Of a stretch of DNA of 38,705 nucleotides, positions 28,122 through 38,029 are shown one piece after another; the first letter of the stretch is position 1, and every line of letters begins with the position of its first letter. The DNA is from an uncultured Deinococcales bacterium (GTDB lineage Bacteria; Deinococcota; Deinococci; Deinococcales; JAAFIG01): contig CAXTKV010000021.1 in NCBI GenBank assembly GCA_964244895.1, positions 1 through 38,705 on the forward strand, in the 5' to 3' direction. The notes beneath the pieces are model-generated. The model made no database searches. It saw nothing but the letters and a program-made list of their open reading frames with translations, and was not told the origin of the DNA. Position numbers and translations under genes: made by a program.

Positions 28122-28489
28122 GTCGTCCCACACGCATTCTCGAGGCCGCGTACTCGACGGCGTTCTCAGGATGAGCCATGGCTCAAGATCGCTTCGGGGT
28201 CGTTCCAGGCGGCCATCTCGAGGGCGCAGCGCGTTTCGGGTCGGCGCATACCGACTTCCGGCAGCCAAAGGTGCTACACTCATGCTCGTTAGGCCCGGTC
28301 TGGGCTGCCCGAACGCCACTCGAGATCGCCCCATCCGCGCGAAGCGATCCGAGGAACAACCAAAACGGCGTGCAGTCCGACTCGAGGCGTGAACACCCCC
28401 GAGCGTGATCTTGTCATTAGCCCTGAGCCCACAAGACAATCCACGCGAACGCGACGCACGAAACCCGGTGCGCGCGGTTTGGAGTTTGA

Positions 28490-29770
28490 ATGGATGAAGT
28501 CGAACACACCTACGAGCTGTACCAGAAGCACATCAACCCGAAACTCGCCAGCTTGCTGCGCCTGACGGGCCTGGATGTTCTGGAAGATCATGCCGAGGGC
28601 TGCTACATCTTCGATTCGGCGGGCAAGCGCTACCTGGATTTTCTGGGTTTGTACGGCGCGATGGGTGTGGGCCACCGCCACCCTTACGTGATCGAGGCGG
28701 TTAAACGGCAACTGGACAGAATGCCGATGCCCGCCAAGGTCATGATGACCAGGGGTTACGCGGAACTCGGGGAGCGCCTGGCGGGGCTCGTACCGGGAAA
28801 CATTCAGTATTTGTTCCTGGGCAACTCGGGCGCGGAAGCGGTCGAGGGCGCGATCAAGATTGCTCGAGCCGCGACCGGCAAGAAGAAGATCATCAGCGCC
28901 AAGAACGGCTTTCACGGCAAGACGATGGGTGCGCTCAGCCTGACCCCGAAAGCGGGCTATCAGGATCCGTTCCGACCCCTGATGCCGGGCGTGGCGCACG
29001 TGCCTTTCGGGGACGCGGATGCGCTGGCTCGAGAGATCGACGACGACACCGCCGCCGTAATCCTGGAGCCGATCCAGGGCGAGGGCGGTATCAACCTGCC
29101 GCCGGTCGGGTATTTCAAGGCCGTGCGCGAGATGACGAAGGCCAAAGGTGTGGTGCTGATCGCGGACGAGATCCAGTCCGGTATGGGTCGCACCGGCAAG
29201 TTCTTGGCCATCGAGCACGAGGGCGTGGAACCGGACATGGTGACGCTCGCCAAAAGTTTGGGTGGCGGCGTGATGCCGATCGGGGCGTTCATGGCGACGC
29301 CGGAACTCTGGACGCCGTTCGACGTGGATCCGAAGGTTCATTCCAGCACTTTCGGTGGCAACCCGCTGGCCTGCGCGGCGGCGCTCGCCACGCTGGACGT
29401 GATCGAACAAGAAGGTTTGCTGGAAAACGCGCGCGTGCAGGGCGATTACCTGATGAAGGAACTCGAGGGTATCCGCGCGGCCTACCCGTATTTCTTGAAA
29501 GAAGTGCGCGGCAAGGGTTTGATGATCGGCGTGGAGTTCCTGGATTCCGACGTGGGCGCGCTCTTCATCGGCGAGATGAGCGCCCGAGGCGTGCTGACCG
29601 CGTTCGGGCTGAACCAACAAGAAATGATGCGCCTAGAGCCGCCGTTGACCGTCACGCGCGATCAGGTCGACGAATGCCTGACGGCCTTCAGCGAATCCCT
29701 CGGGGCGGTGCGCGCGGAACTCGAGCAGTACGGCTTGCTCGAGGAACTGCTGGCGCAGGCTTCCGATTAG
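28490..29770 (+). CDS. Class III PLP aminotransferase (putrescine/acetylornithine type)
   Basis: NSGAEAVEGA, FHGKT, EPIQGEGG, LIADEIQSGMGRTG, LAKSLGGG, HSSTFGGNPLAC. Confidence 0.93.
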   Translation: MDEVEHTYELYQKHINPKLASLLRLTGLDVLEDHAEGCYIFDSAGKRYLDFLGLYGAMGVGHRHPYVIEAVKRQLDRMPMPAKVMMTRGYAELGERLAGLVPGNIQYLFLGNSGAEAVEGAIKIARAATGKKKIISAKNGFHGKTMGALSLTPKAGYQDPFRPLMPGVAHVPFGDADALAREIDDDTAAVILEPIQGEGGINLPPVGYFKAVREMTKAKGVVLIADEIQSGMGRTGKFLAIEHEGVEPDMVTLAKSLGGGVMPIGAFMATPELWTPFDVDPKVHSSTFGGNPLACAAALATLDVIEQEGLLENARVQGDYLMKELEGIRAAYPYFLKEVRGKGLMIGVEFLDSDVGALFIGEMSARGVLTAFGLNQQEMMRLEPPLTVTRDQVDECLTAFSESLGAVRAELEQYGLLEELLAQASD

Positions 29771-29848
29771 TGCGTCTACACGTCCATGACGTGCGAGACC
29801 TAAGTTAGACAGACACAAGGAGTTTTTATCGTTCCAGATGACACCGCG

Positions 29849-32800
29849 ATGCCCAAGAAGGCGTCCGAACCGAAGACCGCCGAGGCCAAGAGCCGACGGC
29901 GCAACAAGAAACCCCCGACCCAGACGCCACTTCCGCTTGCCGCAGAGCAAGCGCGCAAGCGCGGGCGTCCAAAAAAGACCGTCGCGGACGCGGCACAGAA
30001 AACACCGTCCCAGACGGTGTCCCCGAAGCAAATCAAACCAACCTCGAGCCAGCCGAGCGCCGAGACTCGAGGGCGTAAAGCGAAGAACACCGTCCAGCAC
30101 GTGAAACAAGAAGCACCGCCCGCGACGGTGCCCGCGAGCGCTGCACCCTCAAGCGCTGCACCGTCTCGAGAAGCGCGGGGTGCGGGCGTCGGCAGGAAAC
30201 GCGCCCGCAAGCAGGGTGCGACCGAGGACGCGGCGGTCGTGACCCTGCTGGGTGACATCCACCAGCCCACGGACATGCTCGAGACCGCCATCCAGCAGGA
30301 CGTGGAACCCGAAACCGACGAACGCGCCAAGCCCGAAACGGGTAGCGCGAACGGTTCAGCCGTGCGCGTGCGCCGCGCCAACCGCGAGAACATCTTCGAG
30401 GCGCAAGTCAAACCGCTCGATCCGATTGAAGCGCTCCTGGAATTCTTTCGCGCCAACCCGAAGCCGCAGCAGGCGCGGGATTTGCTGAAGCTCCTGCCCA
30501 GCATCGACGTGGAGCGCCTGGGCGGTCGCAAGGGCCTGGAAAGCACGCTGGATCGGCTGGTGCGCGAGGGCCAACTGGCGCAACCCAAGCGTCACACCTA
30601 TGCGCTGCCCAAGGAAACCGCCGTGGTCGTCGGGCGCTTCGATGCGCGCGGCTACCGCTTCGGATTCGTCGTGCCGGAGACGCCCGGCTTGCCCGACCTG
30701 TTCGTCGGGCCGGAAGGCATGTTCTACGCCTGGCACAACGACCGCGTGGTGGCGCGGGTCGAACGCAAGAAGGGTGAAGACACGCCGCGCGGCAAGATCA
30801 TCCGCATCCTGGAGCGCAAACGCGAGAGCATCGTCGGCACGCTGGAATTCTCGAAGGGCTACGCGATCCTGCGACCCGACGAGACGCGCCTGCCGCGCAC
30901 GGTGCTGATGCCGACAGGCACAGAAAACCTGCGCGCGGGCGCGCGCGTGGCCGTCAAACTGTTCTGGCCGGAATTGACCGGTGAGGACGAACCCTACGGC
31001 GAGATCACCGAAGTCCTGGGTTTCGAGGATTCCCCGGAGGTCGAAACCCGCGCCGTGATCGCCAAGTTCGAGCTGCACGACGCGTTCCCGCCGGAAGTCG
31101 TGGCGGAGGCCGAACGCATCCCGCTCGAGATTCCCGAATCCGCGCTGGAAGGCCGCAGCGACCTGCGCGCCAAACGGATCTTCACCATCGACGGCAAGGA
31201 CGCCAAGGATTTCGACGACGCGATTCACATCGAACCCCTCCAGAACGGTCATTTCCTGGTCGGGGTTCACGTCGCGGATGTCTCGCATTACGTGATTGAA
31301 GGCGGCGCGCTCGATGTCGAAGCCAGGGCTCGAGCCACCAGCGTCTACCTGCCCGGCAAGGTGCTGCCGATGCTGCCCGAGCGCCTTTCAAACGGCGTCT
31401 GTTCGCTCGTGCCCGGCGAGGACAGGCTGGCGCTGTCGGTGCTGGTGGAACTGAGCGCGGATGGCGACGTGGAGAATTACGCCATCGTCAACAGCGTGAT
31501 TCACTCCAAGGCGCGACTGACCTACGACGAGGTTCAGGCGTTTAGTGAGGCCAAATCCGCCATGCCCGACCACGCGCGCGATCTCGAGGGCGATCTGCAC
31601 CTGCTCTTGAAGCTCACGACCCGCATGCGCGAAAAGCGCTTCCGCGAGGGCAGCCTGGATTTCCGCCTCAAAGAAGTCAAGGTCGACATCGAACCGGACG
31701 GCTCGTTGACGCTGATTCCCGTGCGCGAGGAAACCGCGCGAGGATTGATCGAAGACCTGATGCTGACGGCCAACAAACTGGTCGCCAACCACCTGCACAG
31801 CCGCGAGATTCCCGCGCTCTACCGCATCCACGAGGAACCCTCGCCGCAGCGCTTTCTTGAGGTCGTGGCGAACCTCGCGAAGCTGTCCATCACCGTGCCG
31901 GGCGGCAAACCCACACCGCAGGCGTACCAGGAGATCCTGGCGAACGTGCGCGGCACGCCCCTCGAAAGCCCCGTCAACACGCTCTTGCTGCGCTCCATGC
32001 GGCAGGCCAAATATTCGTCTGAAAACAAGGGCCACTTCGGCCTGGCATTTTCCGATTACCTGCACTTCACCAGCCCGATCCGGCGCTACCCAGACCTGAT
32101 CGTTCACCGCGTGCTGAAAGCCTTCATCGCCCGCAAGATGGGCGCCAAACGCCGCGAGGTGCTGGCCGCGACGCTCCCCGAATTGGGCGATCACACCTCC
32201 AACCGCGAGCGCAACGCCTCCGATGCGGAACGCGACCTGACGAAGTACTACCAGGCGCGCTGGGCGCAGGCGCGCGTCGGGCAGGTGTTCAAGGCGCACG
32301 TCTCGAGCATCACGGCCTTCGGGATGTTCGTGATGCTGGACAATGGCGTCGAAGGGCTGATCGGACTGAGCGCCCTGAATGACGACCATTACACGCTGGT
32401 CGAGGATGGAACGGTCTTGCGCGGACGCGCGGGCCGACAGTACAAGCTGGGCACGCCGATTCGCGTGCAAATCGCGGGCGCGAACCCGGTCGCCCGGCAG
32501 ATCGATTTTGTGAAGGAGTTCGATATGAACGGTAAAAACAGCGGCAAGCGCCCCCAGCAGGGGCGCGGCCCGAAACAGAGCAGTCCCCAACCCCAGCAAC
32601 GCGCTGGAACCGCCAAAAGCACGGACGCCAGACGCGTGGTCGTGCTCTCGGGACGCCCCAAGCCGGAACACGCCCGGCCCGTCAAGGTCACGGCCCGCAA
32701 GTTGTACTTCGGCGAGTGGACGCGCGCCCACATGGGCGAAGAACCCGCTGACGCCCGCAATCAGGCTCAGCAGCGCCCGTCTGAGCGCCCACAAGCCCCG

Positions 32801-33142
32801 CAGAACCCGCAGCGCGGTTCTCAGCCGCACAGAGGCCAGCAGGCTTCTCGAGCCCCTCAGCAGGGGGATTCAGCGCAGCGCGGACCGCAAGTGCGTCCCG
32901 AAGTCATCAAGCCGCTCGTGCCGTCCGCCACCGAAGTCAACGCGAACCGCGCCGCCAAAGGCCCAGCCGAAGGTCGCCCCGGTCAGGGTCGCGTGCGATT
33001 CGCCCCGAACGGTGCGCAACCCGCCCAGGCCGTGAACGCGACCGCCAGCACCACGCCAGCCGTCGAAGGACAGGCGCAGGGCGGTGGCTCCGGTCGGCGC
33101 AGGCGCAGGCGCAGGCGTCCAAACGGTGCGAAAGCCGAATAA
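29849..33142 (+). CDS. rnr: Ribonuclease R with long low-complexity N- and C-terminal extensions
   Basis: FGFVVP, FTIDGKDAKDFDDA, VHVADVSHYV, TSVYLP, HFTSPIRRYPDL, S1 domain. Confidence 0.95.
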   Translation: MPKKASEPKTAEAKSRRRNKKPPTQTPLPLAAEQARKRGRPKKTVADAAQKTPSQTVSPKQIKPTSSQPSAETRGRKAKNTVQHVKQEAPPATVPASAAPSSAAPSREARGAGVGRKRARKQGATEDAAVVTLLGDIHQPTDMLETAIQQDVEPETDERAKPETGSANGSAVRVRRANRENIFEAQVKPLDPIEALLEFFRANPKPQQARDLLKLLPSIDVERLGGRKGLESTLDRLVREGQLAQPKRHTYALPKETAVVVGRFDARGYRFGFVVPETPGLPDLFVGPEGMFYAWHNDRVVARVERKKGEDTPRGKIIRILERKRESIVGTLEFSKGYAILRPDETRLPRTVLMPTGTENLRAGARVAVKLFWPELTGEDEPYGEITEVLGFEDSPEVETRAVIAKFELHDAFPPEVVAEAERIPLEIPESALEGRSDLRAKRIFTIDGKDAKDFDDAIHIEPLQNGHFLVGVHVADVSHYVIEGGALDVEARARATSVYLPGKVLPMLPERLSNGVCSLVPGEDRLALSVLVELSADGDVENYAIVNSVIHSKARLTYDEVQAFSEAKSAMPDHARDLEGDLHLLLKLTTRMREKRFREGSLDFRLKEVKVDIEPDGSLTLIPVREETARGLIEDLMLTANKLVANHLHSREIPALYRIHEEPSPQRFLEVVANLAKLSITVPGGKPTPQAYQEILANVRGTPLESPVNTLLLRSMRQAKYSSENKGHFGLAFSDYLHFTSPIRRYPDLIVHRVLKAFIARKMGAKRREVLAATLPELGDHTSNRERNASDAERDLTKYYQARWAQARVGQVFKAHVSSITAFGMFVMLDNGVEGLIGLSALNDDHYTLVEDGTVLRGRAGRQYKLGTPIRVQIAGANPVARQIDFVKEFDMNGKNSGKRPQQGRGPKQSSPQPQQRAGTAKSTDARRVVVLSGRPKPEHARPVKVTARKLYFGEWTRAHMGEEPADARNQAQQRPSERPQAPQNPQRGSQPHRGQQASRAPQQGDSAQRGPQVRPEVIKPLVPSATEVNANRAAKGPAEGRPGQGRVRFAPNGAQPAQAVNATASTTPAVEGQAQGGGSGRRRRRRRRPNGAKAE

Positions 33143-33146
33143 CCTC

Positions 33147-33203
33147 AAAAAGACCGTCCAGGACGGTCTTTTTTGTTTCTCGAGATTCGCGTGCTGGACG
33201 GTG
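33147..33203. terminator. Repeat-family palindrome with A/T tails, probable bidirectional terminator
   Basis: AAAAAGACCGTCC-A-GGACGGTCTTTTTT right after the rnr stop, plus third arm GCGTGCTGGACGGTG. Confidence 0.75.
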
Positions 33204-33233
33204 CTCCCAAAAGCGCATTCTTAAGAAATGCGT

Positions 33234-33386
33234 TCAGAACCGCAGGATCGGTGCGCACGACCCGCCCGCCGCGACGCATTCGGCGCGCAAGAACTCGAAC
33301 GCCACCCACAGCGCCAGGCAAGCCAGCACGGGCACGAGCGGGTGAAGCCCGAGCTTCCTGCGTCCAGGGCGTGAGCGGCGCGGCAC
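33234..33386 (-). CDS. Small membrane protein (about 50 aa)
   Basis: MPRRSRPGRRKLGLHPLVPVLACLALWVAFEFLRAECVAAGGSCAPILRF; TGCTACACC-N6-GTG upstream. Confidence 0.5.
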   Translation of the reverse strand: MPRRSRPGRRKLGLHPLVPVLACLALWVAFEFLRAECVAAGGSCAPILRF

Positions 33387-33619
33387 GCCGTTGGTGTAGC
33401 ACGGCGGCGAGCACCGGAACCTGACACCCGATTCGGGCTGATCGGGTAATCGGTTTAGGTATCCCCTCGAGCATCCAGATAAGGCGTCTGGGACGCTATT
33501 CCAGAATCTCGTCTCACGATGTGACGATTCACCCATTGATGAGGACGGTGAGGTCTTACAATCGCAACGTTTGAAGCGGGGCATCTGTCCCGAAACCGAA
33601 ATTGACATTGGGGGCAAAC

Positions 33620-33865
33620 GTGGACACTTCATCCGATACGTCACGGCACACCATCGTGGAATTACGGCTCGCGCACCTGCGGGCCGCCGTCGCCGCGCAA
33701 CGCGGCTGGTATCACGTCGCGGTGCAGAACCACCTGTACTGCATGGATCAGGTCAGCCTGGGCGGGGACGCCAAGGCCACCGCTTTTTTCGCATCCCAGC
33801 TCGCCCAGTCCTACCGCGCGATGGGTTTAGTGGAAAAAGCCAGCCAGTTCGAGGTGCTGCGTTAA
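33620..33865 (+). CDS. Hypothetical helical (TPR-like) protein
   Basis: 81 aa from GTG 33620; AAQRGWYHVAV...YRAMGLVEKA. Confidence 0.65.
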   Translation: MDTSSDTSRHTIVELRLAHLRAAVAAQRGWYHVAVQNHLYCMDQVSLGGDAKATAFFASQLAQSYRAMGLVEKASQFEVLR

Positions 33866-33869
33866 AGGG

Positions 33870-33970
33870 CACCGTCCAGCACGGTCGTTTGAACATGCGT
33901 GCTGAACGGTGTCCTCTAGCCTGATCGAACTCGAGTACGGCTCGAATCTTCGAGAATACCGTCCAGTGCG
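33870..33970. repeat. Palindromic repeat family copies
   Basis: CACCGTCCAGCACGGT ... GCGTGCTGAACGGTGTCC; further arm GAATACCGTCCAGTGCG. Confidence 0.75.
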
Positions 33971-34043
33971 AGCCTCGAGAGATCACCTGGGATCACCCAG
34001 GCGCGGGCTGACAGCCTCGCCGCGCGTTGGTACACTCGTCCGC

Positions 34044-35501
34044 ATGAGGGCACTCGAGACTGCCAGGCGCATCAAAAACCGAGAGGTCAGCGCCGAGGAG
34101 GTCGTCAAACACGCATTGCAAGGCGCGCATGACGACACGAACAACATCTTTATTTCCGTGACGGACGGCGCGCTCGAGCAGGCGCGGGCGCTGGACGCGA
34201 AAATTGCGCGCGGTGAAACCGTCGGGCCGCTGGCGGGCGTGCCGGTCGCCATGAAGGACAACCTGTGCGTGGTGGGCACGCGCACCACGGCGGGGTCGAG
34301 GGCGCTCGAGCATTTCGTCTCGCCGTACACGGGCACGGCGGCGCAGCACCTGCTGGACGCGGGCGCGATCCTGATCGGCAAGGCCAACCTGGACGAGTTC
34401 GGCATGGGCAGCAGCGGCGAGAACAGCGCGTTCGGCCCGACCCGCAACCCACTCGATGCTTCGCGCGTTCCGGGCGGCTCGAGTTCCGGCCCTGCGGCGG
34501 CGGTCGCCGCAAACATCGTGCCGGTTTCTCTGGGTACTGACACGGGCGGTTCGATCCGCCTGCCCGCCGCGTTCTGCGGCGTCTACGGCATGAAACCCAC
34601 CTACGGGCGCGTCTCGAGATACGGGGTCGTGGCGCTCGCCTCGAGCCTCGATCAGGTCGGGCCGTTCGCGGGATCCGCCGCTGACATGGCCGCCGTGCTG
34701 GACGCGATCTGCGTCCACGATCCGATGGATTCGACATCCCTGAAAGTGGAACCCCGATTCACGGCGGCGCTCGAGCAGGACATCAGGGGCTTGCGCGTCG
34801 GACTGGTGCGCGAGGCGCTCGGGGATGGCAACGCACCGAGCGTGCTGGGTGCAATCGAAGCCGTCAAGCGCGAACTCGAGGGATTGGGCGCAACGCTGCA
34901 TGAAGTCTCCTTGCCCTCGCTCGAGATCGCGCTGGCGGCCTACTACCTGGTGATGGCCTCCGAGGCATCGTCCAACCTGGCGCGCTACGACGGCATGGTC
35001 TTCTCGAACCGCTTCGGGCTGAGCGGCGATCTGAACGACGTGATGTCCAAAGCCAGAGGAATGTCTTTTGGGCCGGAAGTCAAACGCCGCATCCTGATGG
35101 GCACCTACGCGCTCTCATCCGGCTACTACGACGCGTACTACTCGAAATCCTTGAAGGCCAGAGCGCTGATCTCGAGGCAATTTTCGAGCGCCTTCGAGAA
35201 CGTGGACGTGCTGCTCTTGCCGACCGCACCCAGCGCCGCCTTCAGGATCGGCGAGAAAACCGACGATCCCGTCTCGATGTACCTGACGGACGTGGACACC
35301 GTCACCGTCAACCTGGCGGGCTTGCCGGGCATCAGCCTGCCGTTCGGCTTCGAGGACGCGCATGGCGCCTACAGCAGCACGGCGGGTTTGCCCGTCGGTG
35401 TGCAGTTCATCGCGCCCGCGCTGGCGGACGAACGTCTGATCTCGTTGGCGGATGCGCTCGAGCGGGTCACGAATGGTGGATTCTTACGAAAGGCATCGTA
35501 G
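34044..35501 (+). CDS. gatA: Glu/Asp-tRNA amidotransferase subunit A
   Basis: GVPVAMKDN, GKANLDEFGMGSS, PGGSSSG, GTDTGGSIR, EASSNLARYDG, EVKRRILMGTYALSSGYYDAYY, MYLTD; TACACT-N7-ATG 34044. Confidence 0.96.
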   Translation: MRALETARRIKNREVSAEEVVKHALQGAHDDTNNIFISVTDGALEQARALDAKIARGETVGPLAGVPVAMKDNLCVVGTRTTAGSRALEHFVSPYTGTAAQHLLDAGAILIGKANLDEFGMGSSGENSAFGPTRNPLDASRVPGGSSSGPAAAVAANIVPVSLGTDTGGSIRLPAAFCGVYGMKPTYGRVSRYGVVALASSLDQVGPFAGSAADMAAVLDAICVHDPMDSTSLKVEPRFTAALEQDIRGLRVGLVREALGDGNAPSVLGAIEAVKRELEGLGATLHEVSLPSLEIALAAYYLVMASEASSNLARYDGMVFSNRFGLSGDLNDVMSKARGMSFGPEVKRRILMGTYALSSGYYDAYYSKSLKARALISRQFSSAFENVDVLLLPTAPSAAFRIGEKTDDPVSMYLTDVDTVTVNLAGLPGISLPFGFEDAHGAYSSTAGLPVGVQFIAPALADERLISLADALERVTNGGFLRKAS

Positions 35502-35631
35502 AATCATCGTCAGCGATGACGTTTTTGATGCGCCCCCCAAACCCGGAACGTGAATTCAGACGTGCTGGGCGGATCGTTTGCCGACTCATCACTCGCACGC
35601 CAGACATCTCGAAGACCCGCACCGAATCAGG

Positions 35632-35690
35632 AAGACCGTCCAGGACGGTCTTTTACGAAACACAAGAACACCGTCTGGTACGGTGTTCTT
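35632..35690. repeat. Two adjacent palindromic repeat family hairpins
   Basis: AAGACCGTCC-A-GGACGGTCTT and AAGAACACCGT-CTGGT-ACGGTGTTCTT. Confidence 0.88.
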
Positions 35691-35691
35691 C

Positions 35692-36630
35692 GTGAAGCGC
35701 ACGATCTACCCGGCGATCTCCAGGCTGGCGCACCGCGTTCTGAACGAACGCGAGGAACCCGTCGCACTCGAGGAACTGGCTCGCGCCATCGGTTTCCAGG
35801 GCGAGGCGCGCGCCCTGCCCAGGCTGCTCGATGGGCGTTTCAAGCAGGTTGGCACCAACCTGAGCCTGTGGGCCTGGGAACGCGATTTCCCCGCGCTGGG
35901 CGAAACCATCGTCGTGATCGACCTGGAAGCCACCGGTGGCCACCTGGAACGCGACGAACTGATCGACATCGGCGCGGTCAAACTGGGGCCGGAAGGCTAC
36001 GCCGAATTCGGCGCGCTGAACGACCCCAAACGCCCGATCCCGCCGTTCATCACCAAACTGACTGGCATCAGCCAACTGATGGTCAAGAACGCGCCACCGC
36101 TCGACGCCAGCCTGGAAAAACTCGCGCAATTCATCGAGGGTGCGACCATCGTGATTCAGGACGCGCATTTCGATGTCGCGTTTCTCGAGCCCAGATTTGC
36201 TAGATTGGGCTTCAAGTTGAACAACCCGCTGGTGGACACGATCAACCTCGCCAAACGAACGCTGCCAGGACGGCGTCGGCGCGGGCTCGACTCGCTCGCC
36301 GCGACGTATGGGGTTACAATCGAATCGCGCCACCGCGCGCTCGGCGATGCCAGAGCGACGCTGCACGTCACGCGAGAGCTGTACCACGCGCTGACCGCCG
36401 GAACACCCACCCGACTCAGCACGCTCCACGATCAGGTTACGCGCTTCCAACACGATCAGATTGCGCATCTCCAAGACGATCTGATGGCGCGCCCCAACAC
36501 CGACCAGACCCCTCGCACGCGAGGTTCGCGCGCTGAACAGCGACATCAACCCATGCATCCAACCGAACCGACCGACGACCCGCGCCTCGAGAGAGGTTCC
36601 AACACCAGCCAACCGGAGATTCCCGTATGA
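35692..36630 (+). CDS. DEDDh 3'-5' exonuclease (DnaQ/epsilon-like)
   Basis: VIDLEATG, IPPFITKLTGI, HFDVAFL, VDTINLA, HRALGDA; GTG 35692 chosen (ORF open from 35578). Confidence 0.88.
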   Translation: MKRTIYPAISRLAHRVLNEREEPVALEELARAIGFQGEARALPRLLDGRFKQVGTNLSLWAWERDFPALGETIVVIDLEATGGHLERDELIDIGAVKLGPEGYAEFGALNDPKRPIPPFITKLTGISQLMVKNAPPLDASLEKLAQFIEGATIVIQDAHFDVAFLEPRFARLGFKLNNPLVDTINLAKRTLPGRRRRGLDSLAATYGVTIESRHRALGDARATLHVTRELYHALTAGTPTRLSTLHDQVTRFQHDQIAHLQDDLMARPNTDQTPRTRGSRAEQRHQPMHPTEPTDDPRLERGSNTSQPEIPV

Positions 36631-38015
36631 GCCTCGAGAACATCGCGGGGCGCTACCGGTACATCCTGACCCGACCGTGCCTCGATTCCGGTTCGATCGC
36701 GGTGCTCAAATACCTCGAACGCGTCGTGCCGACCACCGGTTCCGTCGTGTTCGTCGGCGACGGCGGTGAGGAAATCACGCTGACCGCCGACCCGAAACAG
36801 CGCCGCCTGTACGGACTGGCCGACTACTACGCCAAGCACCGACTTCAGGTCAACGATGCGCTCTTGATCACCGTGCTGGCCGACCGACGCTTCGCGCTCG
36901 AGCGCGTGGTGCGCGTGCGCGACCCGAAAGCCGAACAAAAGCCGCGCCCCGCACCCCCGCCCAAACCCGAACGCATCATCCTCGAAGAAAGCCCGTACAT
37001 CCGCGAGGTGCGCACGCGCGAGATCAGCGTCTCGCCGTACCCCAAGGGCCTGATGTACCCGCAAGAACCCAAGGATGCCGAAAAGGCCGATGCCAGCGCC
37101 GCCCCCGACGCGCGCAAGGCCAAACCTGCCGAGGAAGCCCGCAGCACCCTGAAAAACCTGATCGCCCGCGACCGCGACCAGCGCGCCGCCGACGCGCCGC
37201 GCCGCGAACCCGTCCAGCCGACCATCGAACCCGCGCCACCGATCGTTCTCGAACGCGCCAGCGCAAGTATGGCCAGCGCAGCCAGCTCCGGCACGACCCT
37301 GGAGCGCACCCGCGCCGCCTTCATCGCGCTCGGCTACGCGGTGGACGTGATCGGCGAAGGCTTGATGCTCGAGGCCAAGCTCGGGCGGCGCGCGCACCGC
37401 ATCGCGCTGGCCGTGACCGAAGACCCCGATGAAGCCCGCACCATCATCGAGGCCGGACGCGGACAGGCCGCCAAATACCTGGCTGTGGCCGCCGATTCCA
37501 CCGCCCTGGAAGCCTTCCGGCAGCACCCGGACTTCGAGCACATCGCGCGCGCGGATCTGGCGACCATCGAAGCGCTCGCTGCGCTGACCAGGCTCTCGCC
37601 GGTCGGCCCGCTGGAACTCGAGGGTTACTGGAACGCCGGACGGCTGGACGCGGACGCCCTCGAATCCCTCGAGGCCGGTGTCAACACCAGCGTCGGTGCG
37701 CGGGGTGCGTTCTCGTTCGTGACGCTGTCCCTGGCGCGCTTCACCGCCCCCGGCATCGTCAACGCGCAGGACGTGATGGCCAGCATCGAAAGCGCTGGGA
37801 TCGGTTCCGGCATCGTGCTCGAGACGCTCGAATCCCTCTCCAAAGCGCCCTTCATGCTGCTCTCGCCCCTCGGCGGCGGTGAATACTACATGCGCCGCCC
37901 CGTCAGCGCCGCCCTGGAAGGCCTGTCCGAGTACGCGGGCGGTCTGCGCTCGAGGTTGCACGTCACGGCCAAAGTTGCCGCTCGGGCTGACAGCGCCGTC
38001 ACCGAAGCCAAGTAA
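36627..38015 (+). CDS. Hypothetical protein (two globular regions with a Pro/Ala/Glu linker)
   Basis: 462-aa ORF with typical codon usage, ATGA-coupled to the exonuclease. Confidence 0.8.
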   Translation: MSLENIAGRYRYILTRPCLDSGSIAVLKYLERVVPTTGSVVFVGDGGEEITLTADPKQRRLYGLADYYAKHRLQVNDALLITVLADRRFALERVVRVRDPKAEQKPRPAPPPKPERIILEESPYIREVRTREISVSPYPKGLMYPQEPKDAEKADASAAPDARKAKPAEEARSTLKNLIARDRDQRAADAPRREPVQPTIEPAPPIVLERASASMASAASSGTTLERTRAAFIALGYAVDVIGEGLMLEAKLGRRAHRIALAVTEDPDEARTIIEAGRGQAAKYLAVAADSTALEAFRQHPDFEHIARADLATIEALAALTRLSPVGPLELEGYWNAGRLDADALESLEAGVNTSVGARGAFSFVTLSLARFTAPGIVNAQDVMASIESAGIGSGIVLETLESLSKAPFMLLSPLGGGEYYMRRPVSAALEGLSEYAGGLRSRLHVTAKVAARADSAVTEAK

Positions 38016-38029
38016 AATGGCGTCTTCTC

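Noticed and set aside
2319..35691. Upstream-extended starts in the ORF track (2319, 5942, 12047, 16599, 17927, 25574, 33909, 35578)
   Set aside because: The extensions run through repeats or neighbouring genes. Downstream starts fit SD, -10 or overlap signals and family N-termini better.
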